DNA of 64,000 nucleotides, taken from the NCBI GenBank assembly GCA_964247055.1, contig OZ176053.1, forward strand, positions 4,650,001 to 4,714,000, given 5' to 3'. Source of the DNA: Paragordius varius. Lineage: Eukaryota > Animalia > Nematomorpha. The notes beneath the pieces are model-generated. The model was not told the DNA's origin, searched no databases, and saw only the letters and a list, made by a program, of their open reading frames with translations. The position numbers and the translations under genes were made by a program. Shown piece after piece: positions 54,432 through 64,000 of the stretch (its first letter is position 1; every line of letters starts with the position of its first letter).

Positions 54432-55130
54432 CACTAATGGATAAAATATATTTGTGGATTGCATACTTGATTTATTGGGCGGTTCCCCACATAACGAAAA
54501 TATTATATGTAGTGCACCCGGTGCATAAAACTCAAAACATAGATTTATTTTGATAGGATAACAAGATATTATGGTGCTTTTTTGTACGTAACAAGTCATT
54601 TGAGCATCTACACTCTAATTATTAAAAAATCCGTAAATTTGTTTACATAATGCTGGATAAAATGTTGTTGGTGGAGCTAGACTTATTACAAAATTTTTAT
54701 TAAAATATAGAAAACTATATTTAAAGGGCAGCAAATCAATTATGAGCACTGGTGGTCTTATTTGGACTCAGCTAAATGGGCTGGTGTTCTCAAAACATAG
54801 AAAAAATATTCGAAATTGCCCGATCTATTGGCTAGCTAGATTATAATATTAAAATATAATATTTTTTATAGACCATACTTTGCTTTAAAAATTACATTTT
54901 GCCGAAGCATGTTTATGGTTTTTTGGAGCAAGATGAACAACAAGTAAACAAGTAAAGGGTGTCGGAAGATCGTCGGCCACCTGCCGTCAAGGCAATCCCT
55001 ACCCACCCGTAATGCATTGAGCTTCAGAGCGGGGAAACACATCGGAGGTTGGGGTTGACGTTAGTATCTACATACATAAATAAATGCCTTCATGTTAGAT
55101 GTGTTAATGGGAGTTAGTATAGTTAATAAG

Positions 55131-55166
<36 letters not shown>

Positions 55167-55248
55167 GTTAATATCGCCTTGTTAGGCAGGTAAAAGCAAT
55201 ATTTGAGTTTAAATAACCGTACAAACAGGGTTTGATTATTCCAGAAAG

Positions 55249-55631
55249 CAGGGGCGTACCGATGGGGGTGCATCATGCCCCGGGCGCCGTTATTTAGGGG
55301 CGCCTAAATGATTTTTTAAAATTAAATTTTAATTATGCAAAAATAATAAGAACTTTCAAATGAGATTTTTCAGCAATTTGGGTAATAATCCCTATAATAT
55401 ATACTCTATTATTCACCTAATTAGTACCATTGAATAAATTTAGTATCATATAAATATATATATTTAATAGATTTAAAATATATATGACTGTGCTGTCTTA
55501 TCTATGGTGTTTAGGTTACAACGTTTGTATTTTTTTACTAAATTGTTTTATTGGCTTTTAAAAATAGGGGGGAGGGGGGGCGCCATAAAAGTCTTATGCC
55601 CCGGGCGCCGCAAATGCTCGGTACGCCACTG
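55249..55631 (+). mobile_element. 383-bp hAT MITE
   Basis: TIR CAGGGGCGTACC / GGTACGCCACTG. Perfect TSD CCAGAAAG. Confidence 0.92.
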
Positions 55632-56117
55632 CCAGAAAGTAATGTCAAAGGTCTATGTCGGGTCAAATGTAGAGTTATTTTTAAGCTCTTATCTTTGGTG
55701 TGGAAGGGGGTCTTCTTTTGCTTCTAAATGAGTATGGCCTTTAGGTAAACCAATTTTTTAGATATTAGACATTACAAGCGTCAACGTTACCTCTTCGTGC
55801 GACCATGTTTCAGTTGTACCTTCAACTGGGACGCTAACCCGGGATAAGTGGTCGTTGAGCTTGCTCTGAGCTAAGTCTCAACTCCGACCAACAGAGATGT
55901 CGGAGATTGGTAACCAGCCCTGTTCAAATATCAGCGGCTCCATCATTGCTTCCCAGGATGTCGTCACACAATAATTGGTCAATAGTCTCGTCAGAGTCGC
56001 GTCTTGCATGATTTAGGCTTTCAGTGGTACATTTCTTTCATGGGATATCTGTGGGAAGCAGTCTATATTCTTAACTAACTGTATAGGTGTTTACCATTAA
56101 CAGATTTTGTTGTAAAT

Positions 56118-56782
56118 ATTACATCAATACTAACTGACTTTAACAGAGCGTTGTAAAATAAAATTACATCAATACTAACTGACATTAACAAAGCGTTGTA
56201 AAATAAAGATTTATACCTTAATTACATCAATACTAACCAGGGGCGTACCGAGGGGGGGGCAAGGGGGTGCATCATGCCCCGGGCGCCGTTATTTAGGGGC
56301 GCCTAAATGATTTTTTAAAATATTTTAATTATTCAAAAATAATAAGAACTTTCAAATGTGATTTTTCAGCAATTTAGGTAATAATCCCTATATTATATAC
56401 TCTCTTATTCACCTAATTAGTACCATTGAATAAATTAAGTATCATATAAATAAATATATTTAATAGATTTAAATTTATATGACTGTGCTCTCTTATCTAT
56501 GGTGTTTAGGTTACAACGTTTGTATTTTTTTTACTAAATTGTTTTATTGGCTTTTTAAAAAAAGGGGGGAGGGGCGCCATAAACGTTTTATGCCCCGGGC
56601 GCCGTAAATGCTCGGTACGCCACTGATACTAACTCACATTAACAGAGCGTTGTAAAATAAAATTTATACCTTAATTACATCAATACTAACTGACATTAAC
56701 AAAGCGTTGTAAAATAAAATTTATAATTACATCAATACTAACTGACATTAACAAAGCGTTGTAAAATTAATTTATACCTTAT
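56118..56782. repeat. Minisatellite, five 45-58-bp units, third unit split by a MITE
   Basis: Unit attacatcaatactaactgacattaacaaagcgttgtaaaataaaattt(atacctta). Confidence 0.9.
56238..56625 (+). mobile_element. 388-bp hAT MITE, sister of 55249-55631
   Basis: Same TIRs and nearly the same body. Different perfect TSD ATACTAAC. Confidence 0.92.
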
Positions 56783-58189
56783 CCAGCAGTGGGAATTAAC
56801 CTTAAAATACTACCGACTTCGCAATAGTACCATTCAATCTGGAGCAAAGTATCCGGTTCAAATTTGAATATTGGTAATCAGCCCTCAAATATCAGCGGTT
56901 CCGATGTCATCGTCATATGGCAGGGAAGTTTTGCGTTGGCTTCAAACGGGATAGGATTAGTAAATCTGGTGCGTTTCCACGTTGTCAAGAGCTTAAAGTG
57001 ATCGAGGTTTTCTGGGTATAATCGTAATCGCGTTCATCAGCGCAGCTTCAAGAGCTCAGTTGGCCACAGTTATTGAAGTTTTTTCGGTAAGTTTTAAAGA
57101 TCGGGGTCATTAAGGATTTACAGTCATTGTTCGATTCTAGCCTGGAGAGGATGTTGCGTCAGCCGGTGCCATACATCCGGAGCAAGATGAAACGAGATAA
57201 ACGATCTTTAAGATAACACATTTCCTTCATTTTATGATGCTGAACATTACTATTCTATCTGTTTTCAAATTAAAGATTAATATGCCTTCAAATTAAAATT
57301 TAGGGTTTTTCAAATATTTTCCCCAATTCGAAAGACAACTCTTTAACAACCGAGAGGATAAAAATCTTCTGCATAATTAAATATGTAAAAGATTTTTCCC
57401 ACCTTTTTTAAAATAGGCCTCAATTTTAAAGCGTATGCATTATTTTTTGTGGAATTAAAAATATGTGTGGCTAATATCGTAACTTTTGCGTGTATTTTAA
57501 GAAAAGTAGTCCAATTTGCCTAGGTCCAAAAACTTGACACTTTCGGAGTCCACGAATTTAATTTAATATAATTGTTTTGTTTCTTATTTGATTTCATAAT
57601 ATTTATAATAAAATGCTTTGGTTTAATAGGTTTTACCAAAAAAATTTATTTGATAAAATGTCCATGAATTTGTGACTTTTTATGTAAAGCAATCACTCCT
57701 AAATTAACTATATTGAAGGGTAAGCCTCAAAACCAAAGGCATTATAAAAATACTAATACATTCTTTATCATCTACATGTGGTACTGACTAGAAGAATTTG
57801 AGGGGCCAATAAAATATTTTTGTCTCAAGAGCTGTGCACATATAATTAGACAAATATTACATAGCTGTTTGACACTTATCTATATATTTATATTTTTAAT
57901 TAATGCACCAAGATTTATTTATGCGTTACATATTAATCACAAGTTGATGCCTCTTGTGCAATGTTTTTAAAAATTTTAAATATTAACCAACAATCACTTA
58001 TAAATCTAGTTTAGCATCATGACAGTCTATTAGTGTTACCAATATATATCTTTATTCCATACTTTGCAATTTTTAACAATTATTTTAATTTTAAAAATTT
58101 GAGATATAAAAAGTGTGGCTGTCTTTTAGAAAATATCTAACTTTTATATTTTTAGGTTTTGTCCGTATAGTTTAAATTTTTACTGTATA

Positions 58190-59276
58190 CATTGTGTGCA
58201 AAAAAGAGAGTTTATTTTTTTTCAAAAATTTTTTTTACACGAGATAACTGACTAGCGAATTCATTTGCCGCAAAAATTTTAATTTATTGACGACCTAGTT
58301 TTTGAAATATTGAGAGAAAATCGAAATCGGGCAAAAAGCCAAAATTAGGGATAATCAAGGATAATTCAAAAAATAATGATAAAATTTTAGATATTATATT
58401 ATTATCTCAATAGGAGATATTTTCAATATATAAATAGCCTAAAATCATATGGTTAGGGTTAATAAAATCTCAGCTCAAAAGATTTTTCTTTAAACACACT
58501 TACGACAAAAAAATTTATGAAACTCTATTGAAATATTTTTTTAATTATTTTTTAGCTAAACTTACTATTTCTTAACATTCATATGTTATTCAGTAAATAA
58601 AACAAAAAATATTGTTTTTTATTTTTTCATTTTTTTGTCATCTGGTTTATGAGTATGGAAAAAATTTATACTGTTTTATTTTGGAATTTACATGAGTGGG
58701 AGTTATAAAGTATATAATTTATGCAAAATAGGATCAAAAGTAGTGGAATATCAACCAAAAATTCTTAGAAATCCCTGTGACTGTTTTAAAACAAATTATT
58801 ATTTTATTGGAATTTTTGTAAGGATTGTTGGTTGATATTCCGCTACTTTCACAAATCCTATTTTTCATAAATTATATACTTTATGATTTCCACTTTTAAG
58901 ATTTTAATAGTGAGTTTAGCTTGTAAATAATTTTAAAAATTATTTTATTTAGTCATAAAATTTTTTTTTGTCTTTTGAGTGTTTTAAAAGAAAAACGCTA
59001 TCTTTTGCCTGAAATATAGAACCCTAACTATATGATTTTAGGCTATTTATATATTGAATATATCCTAAAATGATGATAAACCATAATATCTCAAATTTTA
59101 TCATTAATATTTAAATTATCCTTAATTATCCTTAATTTTCACTATTTCCCCGATTTATATATTCTCTCAATATTTCAAAAACTAGGTGGTAAACAAATAA
59201 AAAATTTTATGGTAAATGAATACGCTGGTCATAACATGTAAAAAATTATTTTGTTAAAAAATTTTTGCACACAGTG
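58190..59276. mobile_element. Foldback Tc1/mariner-type MITE (family B), uninterrupted, about 1.09 kb
   Basis: TA-CATTGTGTGCAAAAAA ... TTTTTGCACACAGTG-TA with long inverted arms. Followed by a (TA)n tract. Confidence 0.88.
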
Positions 59277-59311
<35 letters not shown>

Positions 59312-59439
59312 ATGAATAGTAATTTAGGAGAATGTAAAATATCAAAACAACCGAAATTTCTTTTTAAAATACTAAAAAAATATTGAAATAAATATCAGTT
59401 AGTATTTCCAAGCTTTCATTCAATAAAAGAATTATAAAT

Positions 59440-62400
59440 ATGGACAACCTAAGACCAGAAAAAGTACCACTTTTAGGACCGCATGCGGACCATGGGCCCC
59501 GGTTAGAATCTCACCGATCTTTATTACGTCAGATTTTTTATGGCACCCAAACTGTCTATATATATTATTTATCGACATTGTTTTTTAAGATTTTCATTGA
59601 TCTGAAAATTAATCTCGACCATTTTTTGAAACAATGAAAATTACCTAAAGCCAAAAATATCACGATGGCCACATACGGGTGAGCCGTAGTACCGCTTCTA
59701 ACATATAGAGCAAGTTTGATTTTTTTCTTTATCAGGCGTATGTGCAATTTAATCAGGAGATTACAGGAAAATATGCTTTTGCCTATGCATTATCCCAACC
59801 AATTAAACTACAAACCAATAATATTTTAAAAGTATCCATAATTTAATCAATTTTCTTATAAAATTTATATTAAATACGTTTAAAGTTCTCTACATATAAA
59901 ATTAATTTATATATTTTGTAATACGGAATTATACCGTTATGAATATTTCAAGCAAAAAATTTTGTTAAAGAGTCTTTTAATAGGTGTGAATTGTTATCTA
60001 TAAAAAGGTCAAATATAATTGGGATAATCATTTTGTTTTATTTGTTTTATAGTTTTACCCTGTATGTATGTGCTTTAAACTAAATTAAATATTTCCAGAA
60101 GTCATTTTTTTTCGTAAAAATCGGCAAACGTAATCTAGCTTTCTGAATATCATAAACAATTAAATTATATTCGTAATTAATAATTAAGGACATATTTTAA
60201 GTGTCCAAACAATTAATTTTTTAATAAATTGTAACATTAATTAGTGTATCCACCAAAAAGAGAAATTTTAGAGTGCGTGCATACTAAATTTTTAGAGTCA
60301 TATTTTTTGACTCCAGAATTTATCTATAGTGTGTTTCCAATTTTTTGTGTTATATGCCAGAACGTCGTGGGAGCATTACTATTATATATAATTATATCTG
60401 TATTAAAATATTTATGATTTTTGGAAGTGAATGACCTAAGAAGTCTCATCATCTTTTCAAAAGCAGAGCAGACGTATAATTTTCATAAATATGAACAGTA
60501 AATAGATATTTATATTAAATAATTTACTTAATGGCACCAATTTAACCATCCCATATTTAAAAATAGCTTTATACCGACTCCCAAAATCCTCCACTGTGTT
60601 AAATTTTAACTACTTAAACCATTACATATTTCGTTTTTTTAATAAACTTATTCTAACAGTATTTTATTTTTTCTATATTAAGTCAAATTACAACTTATTT
60701 CTCACATTTTCATTTTTTCTACATCATGAATTTCTTCGGTCCTCTAACCTTTTTGACTTATGTTGGATTCATCCTTATCAACCATTATATTTCTGGAGTG
60801 TTTAGTGAATATGATATTGAGCAACTTCCTAAAGGAAAAGCCCAAATTTTAGAATTTTGCTCTAACCTGGTGAATCATGAGGATTTGGACAAAACTTATT
60901 TCCATGGTAAAACATTGGGTTCAAAACATTTAACTAAAAAAATTGGTAAACTCTTAAATGATCTGAATGATATGCAGGATGAAACCTTAAAGAAACTTGC
61001 ACTACATACGTACATAGTGAATGGATTGGTAAATCATTTTTTCACCTTCAGAATTTTCTCTTCGAATTCTATCGAATCAGTTTGATAATTAAAATATCAT
61101 AAAAAATATTGCAGTAATTTTTATAAAAAAGTTGTTGATATGGTATTTTAATATCAACTTTTTCATTAATGATATTATACCATTTGCATTTCAAGAGTGT
61201 TCTTGGACACTTCAAATTGGTCCTTGAAAACTTCCAGTTGGTCCTTAAAACTTTTTAAGTTTTGATTTAACCATAAATTTTGAATGTATTTATTTATTTT
61301 ATTTATTTTTACTTAATTTTCTAGTATGATATATTATTCATTCAAAATTAATAATTTGATTAACATCTAATTTTTCGTTCCTAACTAATTTTTTCTGATT
61401 TAAAATATTATTCAATTATAAATATTTTCCACAAAAAAATGTAATAAATAACCCAGGAATAACATTTTTTTAAATTATGTTGAAATCTTATTAAAATTAA
61501 TATATTCTTAAAAAACTATAAGGATGTACAATTTCTGAATGATCAAAAATGATTAAAAAATATGGTTAAAAAGGAATAGACAAGGTTAATAATAAAATAT
61601 ACTGATGAAACACGGTTTGATAGATAAAAGTTAGAAACAAATTAAAAAAGTTAAAAACCACCCGGAAATGTTCAGGACCAACTTGAAGTACGGTATATAT
61701 TGGATAGATACGTATGGATTTTTGCATTTGAATGATGCGATAGTGGACAAAACCATTTTTAATTAAATATAAAAATGAATTTGATGAACAATAATTATTA
61801 TAATTTATTTTTTAATAACCAGCAGCCTATTTATGCACCGTAATGACAATAAATCATGTAAAGAACCTCAACTTTAAGCTAAATATTTGGTGGTTTAAAA
61901 ATCCATAGTTTACTATACATCGCTTAAAATATTTCTATCCATACATCTAGGTTAATCAAGCTAATGCTTATTTATCAAACAATTTGACTGGTATACCATC
62001 GGTCCGTTCCAACCCGCTTATCGATAAAGAAACGGACTCAATGGTTATGGAATCTTTGAATAATGCATTCGAAGATAAAATGTTTGATGACGATATTTCA
62101 CCCGATGTTTATGTTGATATAGAAAAGTCATACAAGCGCGCCAAAAGATCCCTAATGAAACTCTCTACGGCTCAACAAAAAGGTTAATATTTTAATTGAC
62201 ATAAATATCAATTTATGATTCGAAATTAATATATAATTATGTTAAAGATATTTAATAAGGTTTTCGACTGATGTTGTTATAGGAATGCATTTTCAATTCT
62301 ATAAATATTATGTTTTTAAGGTGTTTCAATGACACCACCCTCGTTAAAAGTTAATGTTCCTCCAAAAGCAATGCTCAATACAAAACCTGTATTTGTTAAA

Positions 62401-63200
62401 ACGCAACCGTTTACGATTAAAAATAGTGGAAAAACAACAAATACTGCTGTCACCAAGAGTCGTGACACCAAGAAAAAACTTACAGCTCCAGAGTATAGAG
62501 AGCTAATGCGTAGACAGGCAATTGATAGACATGTGAAAGCGCTGCAGAAATATAAACCTGGTTGCCCTAGACAACTAGTTCACGCTGAATTTCTACGAAA
62601 AATGGCACAAGAAAAGGTTTGATTATAAAGTCTTGATTAATATTTTTGTTTCGGAATTGTAGGATTTTAATAAAAAATTATTTTACCGACACGCAAGTTT
62701 AGATTACTTCCGATCGATTGCCGATAAAAAAATGTTTAAGTTTTTTTATACTATGGTGTTGTTAAAATTACAGACATTTACACTAGGACCCACTAATGAC
62801 GCCATCATAAAAGCTTTTTCAATTAAGCATTTCAACTATTAAATTAATGATTAACACTTTTTAATATTCGTCGTTTTTGAATGCAACGGTGAAAGATATC
62901 TTGTAGCATTGTGATGGGAAAAGGAGCTCGATGTCCAATAATTTAACAAATACATTCAAAAAATATTTAATTTTTCAGGTATTGGAACTTAAACGATCGA
63001 TGAAAAAGTTAGAGGATAAAATGGTACAAATAGTTCAGGTCCATAACCGAAAAGATAAAATAATGAGCGATCAATTAAAACAAGCCAAAGCAAGTCAAAA
63101 GAAAGGCTGCGCGAATAAAAGTCTCAAGAAAGATATTAGAGTTGGTGCTTCATCTCCATCTAAATCACCAAAGATTACAACTAACAAAAAATCTAGATAG
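59440..63200 (+). CDS. Unidentified multi-exon gene: hydrophobic middle segment, basic coiled-coil C-terminus; 5' exons tentative
   Basis: Better-supported exons: 60660(?)-61028, 61951-62182, 62321-62616, 62979-63200, with phases agreeing. Tentative 5' exons: 59440-59553, 59651-59678, 59709-59713, 59736-59831, 60330-60399, 60428-60473, 60567-60597. The full model is 1509 nt and open. Confidence 0.5.
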
Positions 63201-64000
63201 ATAGTTTTTGTTCTTTACAATATTTTTGAAACCTTATTTTTACATATTTTATTATACTATACTGAACTTAGCGCTGCATACTAATGTCACACCACTTTAT
63301 TTATTATAAGCCGTTTTGGGAATTAGTTACAATAGATATTTTATTTTCATTACATAAAACTTTAATGGTAAAATAAATTATATATGGTAATCTGTATCAA
63401 ATTATAATTAGCATAATGTGACCCAGCGAAACTTTTCCAAAGATTAATAATTTTAGAAAATTATATATCTTATTTATTGTTACAACGGTTATATATTTTT
63501 TCGGATATATCTGATAAAATAATTTATTTGCCATTAAAATCGGTACAGTTTAAATAAATCAAATTTTATCGCGTTGTCAATATAAGAAAATCTTAAATCT
63601 AATTGATGGATCATGGCACGTATAGTGAGCCCTCCTATAAGGACCACCCCTCAAAATAGTTTCAAATAAACAGCGCCTGTTAACTGATTAGTTCATACTA
63701 ATATTATGAACTCCTTCGATTTTTAAATAAGGCCCAAATTATTAAGTCATTATCATTCAAAATTAAAAACTTCTTCTCACTAACATACAAGTTTTTAGGG
63801 ATGATACCCTCCTAATGAGCAGAAAATAATAAAAAATTATTAATTATATATGATATTTTCAATAATTTGTAGAATTCATTTAATAAATTTAATAAAATTT
63901 GAATAAATAATTTTATTTTTCTTTATTTTTTAATAAAGAACCATATACGTATATAATTACTATTTACAGAATAAATGGTATATGGCAATATTTTTATTTG

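Larger units (their letters stand above)
54940..57250 (-). mobile_element. Probable decayed non-LTR retroelement hosting younger insertions
   Basis: GC-richer than the flanks. Short tandem tail (TTTACTTG)2 at about 54942-54957 on the minus strand. Internal duplicated segment 55910-55941 / 56872-56900. No intact ORF. Confidence 0.3.

Noticed and set aside
55960-56030. CTGACGA with a nearby GAAA on the minus strand, resembling a hammerhead ribozyme core
   Set aside because: Stems II and III do not pair by eye.
56118-56782. CRISPR-like look of the repeated 45-58-bp unit
   Set aside because: There are no unique spacers and no cas genes, and the context is eukaryotic. It is a plain minisatellite.
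59635-59828. Read-through of two TGA codons would extend ORF 59440 to about 59826 (selenocysteine or a variant code)
   Set aside because: BCL7 and the Gypsy lesion read TGA as a normal stop, no SECIS was seen, and a spliced model explains the region.

Overview
This is AT-rich animal (eukaryotic) genomic DNA, not prokaryotic, so the ORF track mostly shows exon fragments and noise. I rebuilt spliced genes by eye using GT-AG boundaries, reading-frame continuity and similarity to known proteins as I recall them. The genes are an orphan coiled-coil gene, COQ4, BORCS8, a 22-exon cytosolic-type alanyl-tRNA synthetase (AARS1), Derlin-1, a dNK/TK2-type deoxynucleoside kinase, an orphan 167-aa ORF, ZUP1/ZUFSP (plus a decayed copy of its last exon), BCL7 and an unidentified multi-exon gene. 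The main signal is at least 15 spliceosomal micro-introns of 22-27 nt (plus one of 32 nt) in five genes, several apparently at ancestral positions. Shorter in-range AG acceptors (16-19 nt) are bypassed. These sit beside kilobase introns filled with transposons, and AARS1 has no intron under 57 nt. Other highlights: two in-frame AARS1 starts with a mitochondrial-presequence-like extension and an overlapping uORF; COQ4 and BORCS8 start codons only 43 bp apart; and a three-level transposon nest in one intron. Intergenic and intronic space is dominated by piggyBac-type, Tc1/mariner-type and hAT MITEs, decayed hAT transposons, RTE LINEs and a young Ty3/Gypsy element. The species cannot be determined from this window. 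No database searches were run, and all gene models need RNA-seq confirmation.
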